The notes beneath the pieces were generated by a model that was given only the letters and a program-made list of their open reading frames with translations, did no database searches and was not told the origin of the DNA. This document shows, one piece after another, positions 52,113 through 62,399 of a stretch of 64,000 bases of DNA. The stretch is from positions 1,408,001 to 1,472,000 of the forward strand of contig CBDBMJ010000001.1 in NCBI GenBank assembly GCA_965207455.1, read 5' to 3'. The stretch is from Bdellovibrionota bacterium. GTDB lineage: Bacteria; Bdellovibrionota; UBA1018; CAIPTA01; JAALKR01. Every line of letters starts with the position of its first letter. Position 1 is the stretch's first letter. A program made the translations under genes and the position numbers.

Positions 52113-52811
52113 ATGAAGAAGATAAAGGTATTATTAATAGTTGCTCTTGCAGCTCTTTTCACAAGTGGTTTTGTAAAACCCACAGGTGAAGACACCGGCT
52201 GTGGTCTTGGTGTGAAAACAAAACCTCATCCCAATGGTGGTGGCGCAGTGGCAGTAACAGCTACTGTCGCAAAAACCGCATATGTGGGGCAAAACGCTAA
52301 AGTTTGTGACAGTGCGAGGGTTTCTGGCGGTGCGCAGGTTTATGGCAATGCAAAGGTTTTTGACAATGCGAAGGTTCATGGAAGAGCGCAGGTTTATGGC
52401 AATGCGAAGGTTCATAGAAGAGCGAGGGTTTTTGACGATGCGGAAGTTTCTGGCAATGCAAAGATTTCTGGCAATGCGCAGGTTTCTGGCTATGCGAAGG
52501 TTTCTGACAATGCGAAGGTTCATGGAAGAGCGAGGGTTTCTGACAATGCGAAGGTTCATGGAAGAGCGAGGGTTTCTGGCGGTGCGAAGGTTTCTGGCTA
52601 TGCGAAGATTTCTGGCAATGCGCAGGTTTCTGACTATGCGCAGGTTTATGACCATGCGTGGGTTTTTGGCAGCGCAAAAGTTTTTGGCGATGCGAGAGTT
52701 TTTGGCTATGCGAAAGTTTTTGGCGATGCGAGAGTTTTTGGCAGAGCGAAAGTTTTTAGCGCTGCGAGAATTTTTGGCTTTAAAGAGATATCAAGTGGCA
52801 GATATGAGTAG
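52113..52811 (+). CDS. Secreted hexapeptide-repeat protein, paralog 2
   Basis: Same architecture with 27 units; AAGGAG RBS. Confidence 0.85.
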   Translation: MKKIKVLLIVALAALFTSGFVKPTGEDTGCGLGVKTKPHPNGGGAVAVTATVAKTAYVGQNAKVCDSARVSGGAQVYGNAKVFDNAKVHGRAQVYGNAKVHRRARVFDDAEVSGNAKISGNAQVSGYAKVSDNAKVHGRARVSDNAKVHGRARVSGGAKVSGYAKISGNAQVSDYAQVYDHAWVFGSAKVFGDARVFGYAKVFGDARVFGRAKVFSAARIFGFKEISSGRYE

Positions 52812-52881
52812 AAAAAGATTTGCCTAGATTCAACTGGTTAACTTGATGCAGTAAAATTAAACAAAAACAAAGGAGAAAAAA

Positions 52882-53700
52882 ATGAAGAAGATAAAGGTAT
52901 TATTAATAATTGCTCTTGCAGCTCTTTTTACATGTGGTTTTGCACTAAAACCCACAGGTGAAGACACTGGCTGCGGTCCTGGTGTGGAAACAAAACCTCA
53001 TCCCAATGGTGGTGGTGCAGTGGCAGTAACAGCTACTGTCCATGAAACTGCATATGTGGGGCAAAACGCTAAAGTTTGCGACAGTGCGAGGGTTTCTGGA
53101 AAGGCAGAAATTTATGGATATGCAAAGGTTTCTGGCAATGCAAAGATTTCTGGCAATGCGCAGGTTTCTGGCGGTGCGAGGGTTTTTGACGATGCGGAAG
53201 TTTCTGGCAATGCAAAGATTTCTGGCAATGCGCAGGTTTCTGACAATGCGTGGGTTTATGATAAAGCGCAGGTTTATGGCTATGCAGAGGTTTCTGGCTA
53301 TGCGAAGGTTTCTGACAATGCGAAGGTTCATGGAAGAGCGAGGGTTTCTGACAATGCGAAGGTTTCTGGCTATGCGAAGGTTCATGGAAGAGCGAGGGTT
53401 TCTGACAATGCGAAGGTTTCTGGCTATGCGAAGGTTTCTGACAATGCGTGGATTTCTGACAATGCGACAGTTATTGGCAGTGCGTATGTTCATGGCTATG
53501 CAGAGGTTTCTGGCTATGCGAAGGTTTCTGGCAATGCGAAGGTTTATGGACATGCAAAGGTTTATGGACATGCAAAGGTTTATGGACATGCAAAGGTTAG
53601 TGGGTTAATGCAAATTATTGATAATATGAAGTTGTGTGGACTTGTGTGGTCTGTTCGCCATGTGGTGGTTTGTGGTAATAGACCACTTTCTGGAGAATGA
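52882..53700 (+). CDS. Secreted hexapeptide-repeat protein, paralog 3
   Basis: Same architecture with about 31 units and a distinct Cys-containing C-terminus. Confidence 0.85.
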   Translation: MKKIKVLLIIALAALFTCGFALKPTGEDTGCGPGVETKPHPNGGGAVAVTATVHETAYVGQNAKVCDSARVSGKAEIYGYAKVSGNAKISGNAQVSGGARVFDDAEVSGNAKISGNAQVSDNAWVYDKAQVYGYAEVSGYAKVSDNAKVHGRARVSDNAKVSGYAKVHGRARVSDNAKVSGYAKVSDNAWISDNATVIGSAYVHGYAEVSGYAKVSGNAKVYGHAKVYGHAKVYGHAKVSGLMQIIDNMKLCGLVWSVRHVVVCGNRPLSGE

Positions 53701-53740
53701 CGAGATAGATGCACAGGAAATTGAGCATCCTATAGATTCA

Positions 53741-56700
53741 TTACTTCAGCTTTAGTTCTCGTTCTCTCCAAAGAGCAAATATGGCTGGGTAGACTAACAG
53801 TTCTAGGAGGAAGGATGTAAAAATCCCTCCCACCATTGGAGCTGCCATACGTTTCATCACATCTGCGCCGCTATCAGCGGTGCTGGCCCATAGAATGGGA
53901 AGTAAGGCTATGAAGGTACTGAGCACGGTCATCATCTTGGGTCGGATTCGTTTTACAGCTCCGGTATGAATTGCTTCTTTTAGGTCGGAAAACTGATTCA
54001 TTTCTCCGGCTGCTTTCTTTTTGTTGTAAGCAAGGTCGAGGTAGAGAAGCATGAAGATTGCTGTTTCTGCGTCCACTCCAACGAGGGCAATCAAGCCAAC
54101 CCAAACGGCGATGCTCATATTGTAGTCCAAAATATAGAGTAGCCAAATGGCGCCGATAGCAGAGAAGGGGATCGCCAGGAGGACGATCGACGTTTTCATT
54201 GCCGACCCTGTATTTATATAAATAAGCATAAGGATAAGAAGAAATACGATGGGGATCACAACTTTGAGTTTTTCCTTTACGCGTTCCAGGCTTTCGTACT
54301 GGCCACTCCAGATAAGGGAGTATCCAGAGGGGAGAATTAGTTTCTTAGCGATAATTTGTTTCGCTTTTTTTACGAAACTTCCCAAATCTGAGGTATGAAG
54401 ATCCACGTAGACGTATCCCGTGAGAAGGCCATTGTCGTTTCTAATCACCCCTGGTCCGTTTAGCATTTCAATGGTTGCGACTTCGGAGAGTGGAATTTGG
54501 TATCCTTTTGGAGAGTCTAAAAGGATTCTTTTAATATCTTCTTTGTTTTGTCTAAATCCTCTAGCGTATCTCACATTAATAGAGTACCTTTCCCTTCCCT
54601 CTATGGTGGTGGTGACGTTCTTACCTCCTAAGGCAGTGGCTAGGGTCTCTTGTGCTTGATGGATGGATATTCCATGCCTAGCTAGAGCTTCTCTATTGAA
54701 ATTAAAGTCAAAGAAAAATCCTCCAGCCACGCGTTCGGCAAAAACACTTCGGACCTCTTCCACGTTATTCATAATTTTTTCAATTTCAACGCCGATACGT
54801 TCAATTTCTTTTAAGTCGGATCCTGAAACCTTAATCCCTATGGGTGTTCTGATCCCAGTGCTCAGCATATCGATTCGACCTTTAATCGGGAGGGTCCAAG
54901 CGTTTGTCAGTCCGGGAAATTTCATTTTCTTATCCATCTCTTTGATAAGTTCATCCCAGCTCATGAAGTTTGGGGTGATTATTTGAAATGGCCATTCCAG
55001 AAAATCAGGTAGGAATGAGTACCAGCGGTCTACTTTTCTCCATTCCCGTTGATCTTTTAAAACAACAACTGTTTCCATCATGGAGAGTGGTGCGGGGTCT
55101 GTTGCCGTTACTGCTCGTCCAGCCTTTCCATGAACACTTACTACTTCAGGAAAACTTTTTAGGATTTTGTCTTGTCTTTGAAGAATATTTTGTGCTTCCG
55201 TGACTGATATTCCTGGCATAGTGGTTGGCATGTAGAGGATAGTTCCTTCATTTAGGGGGGGCATGAATTCCGACCCTAGCTTGAAGTATATGGGTATGGT
55301 GCCAATGACCATACAGAGAGCGATTGCCACAACTTTTTTTCTGTTGTCCACCACCCAGTCTACCGTTGGGCCATATACTTTAAATAAAAACTTGCTAATG
55401 GGGTGTTGCGCCTCAGTACGTTTATTCGAAGCAAACAAAAAATTGACAGATTTCGTGAACCATGTTGGTCCAACCGTAAGTTCTTTCGTTCTAGTAAAAA
55501 TAATGAGTAAAGCTGGCACTAAAGTGATCGACAGAAAAGATGCAACAAACATGGCCAGTGTTTTAGTATAGGCAAGTGGTTTGAAAAGCCTTCCTTCTTG
55601 GGCTTCGAGTGCAAAGATGGGTAAGAAGGCGACTGCTATAACAAGTAGGGAATAGAAGCCTGCTGGTCCCACTTCTTTAATGGCTCCAATGATAACTTCG
55701 CTAACTTCTCCTTTTTGTCCATCCGCTTGCCATTCTTCCATTTTCTTATGGCAATTTTCAACAACAACAATGGCAGCATCCACCATTGCACCGATGGCAA
55801 TAGCAATTCCTCCAAGCGACATGATATTTGCAGACACATTCATCAGGTACATAAAAATAAAGGATATAATCACAGCAGCAGGGAGTGTAATAATTGGGAT
55901 GATTGCGCTGGGAAAGTGAAGCAAAAATATAATAATAATCAAAGCCACCACAACCATTTCCAGGATCAGTTCATGGGTTAGAGTCTTGATAGATCGTTGA
56001 ATTAAATCTCTTCGATTATAGGTCTCAACAATTTCAACTCCCTCTGGTAAAGATGGCTTTAGCTCATCGAGTTTCTTTTTAACACGTTCAATAACACTTT
56101 CGGCATTTTCCCCAAACCTCATAACAACAATGCCACCAACAACATCTCCCATTCCGTTGAGATCTCCCACACCTCTTCGAATCTCTGGACCTTTTGCCAC
56201 TTTAGCCACATTTTTCACATATATGGGAACTCCGTTTTTGCTTACGCTCACAACGATGTCTTCTATGTCTCTGCGTTTTTTTGCGTACCCCCTTGCGCGG
56301 ATCATGTACTCCGTACCTGTGAATTCTATTACTCTGGCACCGGTTTCGCTATTCCCTTGTCGGATGGCTTCCGTTACCTTAGTAAGAGGAATATTATACG
56401 CTCTTAGGGATTCTGGATTAACTTGTACTTGGTATTGGTTTTCAAACCCACCAAATGAAGCCACCTCTGAGACACCGTAAACCGATTGGAGTTGGTACCT
56501 TAAAAACCAATCTTGAAAGGATCGGAGTTCAGCCAGTGAATTTTTGCCCGACGTATCTTTAAGAGCGTACTGATAAACCCAGCCCACACCTGTTGCATCT
56601 GGACCCAGCTCTGTTCGCACTCCCTTGGGAAGTTGAGGAATGATCTTTGATAGGTATTCCAATATCCGCGATCTTGCCCAGTAGATATCCGTTCCATCTT

Positions 56701-56989
56701 CAAAAATTGCATAAACGTAAGAAACTCCAAATGCTGAAATTCCTCTGATATCTTTTATTTTTGGAACACCAAGAAGACTGGTAACAATGGGATAGGTCAC
56801 TTGATCTTCAATAATATCTGGGCTAACGTTCCATCTGGAGTAGACAATTACTTGAGTGTCCGAAAGATCGGGGATAGCATCGATGGGAATTTCCTTCATG
56901 CTAAACAAACCGCCTACCAGTAAAATGGCCACAGCAAAGAGTGTGATAAATCTATTTCTCGCGCAAAATTCAATTACTTTTATTATCAT
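53741..56989 (-). CDS. cusA: CusA/SilA-family heavy-metal RND efflux permease
   Basis: DAIPDLSDTQVI, LGPDATGVGWVYQY, GSEFMPPLNEG and RIRPKMMT. Confidence 0.92.
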   Translation of the reverse strand: MIIKVIEFCARNRFITLFAVAILLVGGLFSMKEIPIDAIPDLSDTQVIVYSRWNVSPDIIEDQVTYPIVTSLLGVPKIKDIRGISAFGVSYVYAIFEDGTDIYWARSRILEYLSKIIPQLPKGVRTELGPDATGVGWVYQYALKDTSGKNSLAELRSFQDWFLRYQLQSVYGVSEVASFGGFENQYQVQVNPESLRAYNIPLTKVTEAIRQGNSETGARVIEFTGTEYMIRARGYAKKRRDIEDIVVSVSKNGVPIYVKNVAKVAKGPEIRRGVGDLNGMGDVVGGIVVMRFGENAESVIERVKKKLDELKPSLPEGVEIVETYNRRDLIQRSIKTLTHELILEMVVVALIIIIFLLHFPSAIIPIITLPAAVIISFIFMYLMNVSANIMSLGGIAIAIGAMVDAAIVVVENCHKKMEEWQADGQKGEVSEVIIGAIKEVGPAGFYSLLVIAVAFLPIFALEAQEGRLFKPLAYTKTLAMFVASFLSITLVPALLIIFTRTKELTVGPTWFTKSVNFLFASNKRTEAQHPISKFLFKVYGPTVDWVVDNRKKVVAIALCMVIGTIPIYFKLGSEFMPPLNEGTILYMPTTMPGISVTEAQNILQRQDKILKSFPEVVSVHGKAGRAVTATDPAPLSMMETVVVLKDQREWRKVDRWYSFLPDFLEWPFQIITPNFMSWDELIKEMDKKMKFPGLTNAWTLPIKGRIDMLSTGIRTPIGIKVSGSDLKEIERIGVEIEKIMNNVEEVRSVFAERVAGGFFFDFNFNREALARHGISIHQAQETLATALGGKNVTTTIEGRERYSINVRYARGFRQNKEDIKRILLDSPKGYQIPLSEVATIEMLNGPGVIRNDNGLLTGYVYVDLHTSDLGSFVKKAKQIIAKKLILPSGYSLIWSGQYESLERVKEKLKVVIPIVFLLILMLIYINTGSAMKTSIVLLAIPFSAIGAIWLLYILDYNMSIAVWVGLIALVGVDAETAIFMLLYLDLAYNKKKAAGEMNQFSDLKEAIHTGAVKRIRPKMMTVLSTFIALLPILWASTADSGADVMKRMAAPMVGGIFTSFLLELLVYPAIFALWRERELKLK

Positions 56990-56997
56990 TGGATCCC

Positions 56998-58125
56998 TTA
57001 GTTATCTGTATCTGAGGAGGATTGAATCACAGATTTTAAGCGTGACTCGGAGTTGAGCATAAAATTTCCACCCACTACAATTTCGTCACCTGGTTGAACC
57101 GGTCCTGTAATTGCTGCCTCAGTATCTGTTTCCAAGATGATGTTAACTTTTCTAGGCTCAAACCTTCCTTCGCCTATTTTTACAAATACAAAGGCCTCTC
57201 TTCCCGTATCCATAACAGCCTCAAGGGGTACGGACGTATGTTCTCCAACAGGGGCAAAAATAGTAATATTCACATAAGATTCTGGTCGGATGGAAACGTC
57301 TTGCTTTAGGAGTTGAATACGAACTTTGGCTGTTCTTGTATTTGGATTGATCACCCGATCCACTGAGATGACCTTACCCAACAGAGATTTACCTTGCAGA
57401 AAGTTAGCTGTGATTTTTACAGAAAGCCCCTTCTTGATGTAAGGAATATCCACTTCGAAAATATCGGCGTAGATCCAACTGTCTTGCCCCTTACCACTCA
57501 CTAGGAGTCCTTCGGATTGAAAGCCCTTTTTTGCCAAGTCTTTAATTTGACCCTCAGACAGACCTAAAACTTTCAGTCGAATCTTAGATGAGTTGATCAT
57601 CTGCTGAGTGTTTCCCCTTACATCTTCTAGGGGAGAGTCTTTCACGCGCTTCCATTGTTTTAAAGCTTCCAGGTATTCGCTTTGAGCAGTGTAGAGTTCA
57701 GGATCAAAGGCAACTCTCCCGGGTGCTCGTATGGATTTAAAGAGTTTCTTTTTCTGAGCTTTGTCGATCTTTATTCCGATCATCTGCTGCTTCTCTAAGG
57801 ATAGTCTGAAATTTGCGTGCCCAATGGGTGTTTGCGATTCTTTGTTCCCTTCATCGTCAGCCATATTCTTGTGTTGTTCGTGATCTCCATGCTCTTCTTC
57901 GTCTTCAGTTAAAACTAAGTCCATTCCACAAACAGGACAAGCGCCAGGTTTATCGGAAGTAATCTGTGGATGCATGGGACAGAAATACTGGGAAGATTTG
58001 TTTTTTGCTGTTTTACCATAATTATGAGTGTCTGAATCCATATTGTGATGACGTAAAAGGAACCATCCAGTTCCCACAGCTAGAAGAACCACGACGGATA
58101 CTATTGCTTTCATTTTTATTTTCAT
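56998..58125 (-). CDS. cusB: CusB-like RND periplasmic adaptor with a heavy-metal-binding domain
   Basis: YFCPMHP...CPVCGMDL, TRTAKVR and GNFMLNSES. Confidence 0.87.
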   Translation of the reverse strand: MKIKMKAIVSVVVLLAVGTGWFLLRHHNMDSDTHNYGKTAKNKSSQYFCPMHPQITSDKPGACPVCGMDLVLTEDEEEHGDHEQHKNMADDEGNKESQTPIGHANFRLSLEKQQMIGIKIDKAQKKKLFKSIRAPGRVAFDPELYTAQSEYLEALKQWKRVKDSPLEDVRGNTQQMINSSKIRLKVLGLSEGQIKDLAKKGFQSEGLLVSGKGQDSWIYADIFEVDIPYIKKGLSVKITANFLQGKSLLGKVISVDRVINPNTRTAKVRIQLLKQDVSIRPESYVNITIFAPVGEHTSVPLEAVMDTGREAFVFVKIGEGRFEPRKVNIILETDTEAAITGPVQPGDEIVVGGNFMLNSESRLKSVIQSSSDTDN

Positions 58126-59372
58126 TTCTGCCCCTTATTTTTTGATTCCAGATCGGATACCGTAAACCCCAACTGTGCTTCAAGTTCACTCAAATAATGA
58201 ACGTACTGACTTAGGGATTTATAAAAACCTGCTCTCACACGAAAAAGTGAACGCTCGCTATCCAGAAGATCCAAGAAGGAAGTTTTATTAGCTCGATAAG
58301 CTCCACGAATGGAGTTGTAGGCTCCTTGCGCCTGAGGGATGAGGCTGGTTTTATAAATGCTCAATGTCTTTACTCCCACTTGAACCTTTCCCTTTAGGTC
58401 TTTAACTTTTGCAATTAACTTTTGAGTGGTGTTGATGGTACGAAACTCTTGGGCCATTCTCATGGACGAGGCTGCCGACGCCTCAGAACCTTTCTTCCAA
58501 AACCAAAGAGGAAACGTAATGCCTATGGAATAAATCCTTGAATCTTCAGGGCTACCAGAAATTCTTTGCTGGTATTGAATTTGAAGGTCAGGGGCATATT
58601 CCCATTTTGCCAGCGAACTCCTGTACTCTGCTTCTTTCAAAAGGTGCTTCTGTGCTTTTATCTGTGGGGATTTTCTCTGTAGCATGGAGGTAAGACCAGG
58701 GACTGAGTTCACAACTTGATTGGAATAAAACTTAGGAACTTGAAGGCTTAGCCCCAATAAGTTAAGTCTTTCCAAGCTGGGGTAATTCACTACTGCTTTA
58801 AAATTATCCTGAAGAGCATCTTCTTTTTGCTGTAAACGAATTAAGTCCAGCTCCAATCGTGTAAGTTCAAAGTGAGCTTTCATGGAGTCGCCCTGTGGAG
58901 ATTTTCCTGCTGCGTACTTTTTCCCAGCCACTCGTGCAAACTCTTTTAATGCTTGTGCATTGGCTTTAGTGAGTTGGATGATTTTTTGAGCAGAGTAAAT
59001 GGCATAGTATAGGGAGGTCACTTGCTGCCGAACCTCAAGCCGTTTCATGCGTAATTTTGATTTATGGTTATCAGCACGACTACTTTGAGCCCTAGCTTCG
59101 AGAACATACTTCATGGGAAACCGAATCTTTTGAGTGATGGTACCATATTGTGTTTGGGCGTTCCGATTAAGAGTAGAGAGTCCAATCATGGGATCATCGA
59201 GTGTTGCCTTGGCCATAATCAAGGATTCTTCCGCATCCAATGTGTAACGACTCGCTAAAATTTCCGGGTTATTCTGATAAGCCAGATCGAGAACTTCTTG
59301 GAGAGTTCTTGCCTCCCCCGCAAAACCTAAACGGGCAAACAATATCGCAAGCGCAATTAAATATAGACCCAC
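58122..59372 (-). CDS. TolC/CusC-family outer membrane efflux protein
   Basis: Signal peptide, OEP helical repeats, FLDLLDSER; first gene of the cus operon. Confidence 0.85.
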   Translation of the reverse strand: MGLYLIALAILFARLGFAGEARTLQEVLDLAYQNNPEILASRYTLDAEESLIMAKATLDDPMIGLSTLNRNAQTQYGTITQKIRFPMKYVLEARAQSSRADNHKSKLRMKRLEVRQQVTSLYYAIYSAQKIIQLTKANAQALKEFARVAGKKYAAGKSPQGDSMKAHFELTRLELDLIRLQQKEDALQDNFKAVVNYPSLERLNLLGLSLQVPKFYSNQVVNSVPGLTSMLQRKSPQIKAQKHLLKEAEYRSSLAKWEYAPDLQIQYQQRISGSPEDSRIYSIGITFPLWFWKKGSEASAASSMRMAQEFRTINTTQKLIAKVKDLKGKVQVGVKTLSIYKTSLIPQAQGAYNSIRGAYRANKTSFLDLLDSERSLFRVRAGFYKSLSQYVHYLSELEAQLGFTVSDLESKNKGQK

Positions 59373-59573
59373 ATTGCCTCCTCACTGCTCTGTATGGACA
59401 CAAGCCCATCTTACCCTAGTTTAGTGAAGATTATTTAAGTAATACAGCACCAATGCGAAAATGTGCGCGTCAAAGAAAGGGTGAGCAATAAACGAAAAGA
59501 AAGGACACCCAAGAGACTTAACTCTTGAATGCCCTTTTACTTAACATAACAACAATAACAATAAATAAACTTT

Positions 59574-60086
59574 TTACTCGTCACCAAGTTCGGAAGGCAT
59601 GATATGTAGTTCTATATTCTCTAAAAGATAATCATTACCCCAGTCATAAGAACAGCCTCCTGTTGAAAACCACGCCATATCTCCAGAAATTACCTCCAGC
59701 GCATCAGCATAATCCTCGCAGAGTTTACGATTCCCCTTGCTAGTACCTCCGGAAAACTTAATATTATTTAACTTAATTGTTCTAAATTTATCATTAATGC
59801 CGTCGAGAATAAGTACCTTGGGTTCTCTTAAAACGTACCTACTAAAGGATTGGTGGCATCCTCTTGATGTCAAAGCAACTTTATCATTAGTAAAAGATTT
59901 AAGTATATTATTAAAAACACGACAAAATCTCCTTGCATGTTTTAAACCACGGGAATCATAACGAGATAATTCCGATAATTCAACTGCCCTAATTCCACTC
60001 GTTTCATGATCTCCCTGTTCACTAGCAAATGCAGGGGTACTGCCCAGTGCCATTACAAATCCGATTAATACTATTATTTTTTTCAT
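59574..60086 (-). CDS. Secreted hypothetical protein with four Cys
   Basis: AAGGAG RBS, signal peptide ending AFA-S; two weakly similar halves (C...TSRGC and C...STGGC). Confidence 0.7.
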   Translation of the reverse strand: MKKIIVLIGFVMALGSTPAFASEQGDHETSGIRAVELSELSRYDSRGLKHARRFCRVFNNILKSFTNDKVALTSRGCHQSFSRYVLREPKVLILDGINDKFRTIKLNNIKFSGGTSKGNRKLCEDYADALEVISGDMAWFSTGGCSYDWGNDYLLENIELHIMPSELGDE

Positions 60087-60217
60087 ATTCTTTCTCCTTT
60101 TTATATAGTTAATTATTAATGTTTTCCTTGGTAAGGCTAAAGCTGAAAAATAAATTTGTCAAGACAAGGTAAAGAAAATTAGTGACCGTCTGCAACGCAT
60201 AAACTTGTTTGCTGTCC

Positions 60218-61156
60218 CTAGTAATTCCTTACTAATATTTCCTTCAGCGCACCTCGCCCAGAGGGATTGGAATTGATCCGACGTGTGGCGTCGACTCGAC
60301 GAATGGAAAACTCTCCGTACAGTCGATCAAAAAATAAATCATGCTTACATGGGTCTGAATTACTCAGTAATTGGGGCACACCGTTGGCATCCTGCTTCTT
60401 ATAAAAACTAGCAAGCCGTGTCTGTGCTTCGTCGCCAAATTCCTCTTTAGAGTAGGAACGAAAATTTGCAGTTTCACTGACAGGTCTATACGGCGGATCG
60501 TAATATATAAATGTTTTGTCCGATATATATTTTTCACAGTCTGAAAAGTCGCCCATAAAAATTTCAGCACCTTGTAGAGCAATGGCAGCAGATCGTAACT
60601 TATTTTCAAACACTATGGTTGGATTTTTATATCGACCATGGGGAACATTAAACTCACCTTTTTTATTCACACGAAAAAGTCCATTAAAACATGTTCTATT
60701 GAGAAATATGGTAATCGCTGCTCTACGGGGGTTAACAGAATTCTGCTCAAAGGCCTTATGGCACAAAGGCATCTCATTGTTATACTGTTCTCTTATGGCA
60801 TAAAAATATTTTTGACGATCGTCGCTGCCTACTTTTGATAAATATATGCTAGAGATTTCTAATAATTCCTCTATCACTTTGTCAACACTTGCCTTCAATG
60901 AGTTATATAAAATGACAAGATCAATGTTATTGTCGAAAAGATAGGCTTTCTTAAAATTAAATGTATTAAAAATGTTAAAAAAAACAGCACCACCACCCAC
61001 AAACGGTTCAATATAGGTATCTAATTTCCCCTCCAACAACGCTTTAGGAAAATTATTATGCAACGTTGGTAAAAGCTGTGTTTTCCCACCAGCCCATTTC
61101 AAAACTGGCCCGACAATAACTGTTTTTTCATTCCCTGTTTTTTCAGTTTTTTTCAT
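60218..61156 (-). CDS. Dam-family (D12 class) N6-adenine DNA methyltransferase, apparently orphan
   Basis: LKWAGGK, YIEPFVGGGAV, FNGLFRVN..G.FNVP.G and YYDPPY. Confidence 0.93.
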   Translation of the reverse strand: MKKTEKTGNEKTVIVGPVLKWAGGKTQLLPTLHNNFPKALLEGKLDTYIEPFVGGGAVFFNIFNTFNFKKAYLFDNNIDLVILYNSLKASVDKVIEELLEISSIYLSKVGSDDRQKYFYAIREQYNNEMPLCHKAFEQNSVNPRRAAITIFLNRTCFNGLFRVNKKGEFNVPHGRYKNPTIVFENKLRSAAIALQGAEIFMGDFSDCEKYISDKTFIYYDPPYRPVSETANFRSYSKEEFGDEAQTRLASFYKKQDANGVPQLLSNSDPCKHDLFFDRLYGEFSIRRVDATRRINSNPSGRGALKEILVRNY

Positions 61157-61314
61157 CTATGGGGAGTAAATTAACATAAAGGAAGAACAAGCTCCATACT
61201 TAACGCGTTGATGGCACTTGAAACCCACCGACCACAGGCAAACACACCCTTAGGGGTTTAAAAAATATACCACCTACGGTCCAAACCCACACCACTTTCT
61301 AAGAAAAATTAAGA

Positions 61315-61362
61315 TTGACAAGCCAATACCAAAGAGATAGATTGTTGTTTCAGAAATACAAC
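61315..61362 (+). promoter_or_regulatory. Promoter TTGACA-N17-TAGATT with an adjacent operator GTTGTTT-N5-ATACAAC
   Basis: -35 at 61315-61320, -10 at 61338-61343, palindrome at 61344-61362. Confidence 0.7.
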
Positions 61363-61374
61363 GAGGAAACACGA

Positions 61375-61746
61375 GTGACTTTTGGAGAATTATTTAAGAA
61401 ATTACGAATCCGAACGAAAATGACCCTACGCCAGTTTTGCAAAAAAAACGAGTTCGACCCAGGCAATATCTCTAAACTAGAAAGAGGCATCCTACTAGCC
61501 CCCCATGATGAAAAAAAACTCAAATCATACGCCAAGGCTTTAAAAATCCGACCAAGTGACAAAGAGTATATGGAGTTTTTTGACCTAGCCGCCGGTTCCA
61601 ATAAGAATTTCCCCATCAAGAATATAAAAGATCAAAACCTATTAAATAAACTTCCAGTCCTGTTTAGAACATTGGATAGAAAGGATCTTACCGAGGAGAA
61701 ACTTGAAAAAATCATTCAAATTATTCGGAATGAGTCCATCGGATAA
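61375..61746 (+). CDS. XRE-family transcriptional repressor (ImmR/CapH-like)
   Basis: GTG start after GAGG RBS; TFGELFKKLR...TLRQFC......GNISKLERG. Confidence 0.87.
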   Translation: MTFGELFKKLRIRTKMTLRQFCKKNEFDPGNISKLERGILLAPHDEKKLKSYAKALKIRPSDKEYMEFFDLAAGSNKNFPIKNIKDQNLLNKLPVLFRTLDRKDLTEEKLEKIIQIIRNESIG

Positions 61747-61751
61747 ACATT

Positions 61752-62327
61752 ATGACCTACGAGACAGTGGAAAAGGAAGCCATACACTTTCTAAATAAAT
61801 ATAATCCCCAAAGAATAATCCCCATTCCCATTGAAAAAATTGTGGAGCTAAAACTAGAAATTTCCATTGTTCCAATCATGGGACTGTTAAAAAATGAAGG
61901 AATTGACGCTTTTCTTTCCCACGACTGCACAGAACTATACATTGACCACGATCACTACATGGGCCAAACCAATCGAAGCCGATTCACCCTTGCCCATGAG
62001 GTTGCCCACTATGTTCTCCATAGGGACGCCATGGCTTCCATGGAAAACCTGGATAAGTGGAAAGCTCTCATTTTGAGCAATAGCGCAGAGCAAACGATGC
62101 ATGAAAACCATGCCGACAATTTTGCTGCATGCCTAATGATGCCAAGACCAGAGTTAAATCAAGAGTATAGGACGCGGATTGCCACAGCCAGTGCTAGACT
62201 CAGACAAGTCGGCATAAATAAACCAGATACAAAAATGCTAATCTCCTTTATCTCTGAAGAAATTGCCCAAAAATTTGATGTATCCCCCAGGGCAGCAAAA
62301 ATACGACTCTCAAAAATCTTCCTGTAA
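61752..62327 (+). CDS. ImmA/IrrE-family zinc metallopeptidase
   Basis: RSRFTLAHEVAH, E.HADNFAACLMMP and IAQKFDVS. Confidence 0.9.
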   Translation: MTYETVEKEAIHFLNKYNPQRIIPIPIEKIVELKLEISIVPIMGLLKNEGIDAFLSHDCTELYIDHDHYMGQTNRSRFTLAHEVAHYVLHRDAMASMENLDKWKALILSNSAEQTMHENHADNFAACLMMPRPELNQEYRTRIATASARLRQVGINKPDTKMLISFISEEIAQKFDVSPRAAKIRLSKIFL

Positions 62328-62329
62328 TC

Positions 62330-62384
62330 GTTGTAATTGCTTTACAACACTCCAGTCTTATGTTGTAATTAAATTACAACATAA
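62330..62384. promoter_or_regulatory. Two palindromic operators GTTGTAA-N5-TTACAAC
   Basis: At 62330-62348 and 62362-62380; the second lies inside a perfect 13-1-13 inverted repeat at 62358-62384. Confidence 0.8.
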
Positions 62385-62399
62385 CAACAGGAGGAAAAA

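Noticed and set aside
51656..53608. Long alternative-frame and antisense ORFs (MRRFLA..., NLRIAR..., HCQKPS...)
   Set aside because: They result from stop-free 18-bp repeats; only the frame with RBS, signal peptide and hexapeptide pattern is credible.
61315..61374. TTG start for the XRE gene given by the ORF track
   Set aside because: That TTG is the -35 hexamer; the GTG at 61375 has an RBS and matches the XRE N-terminus.
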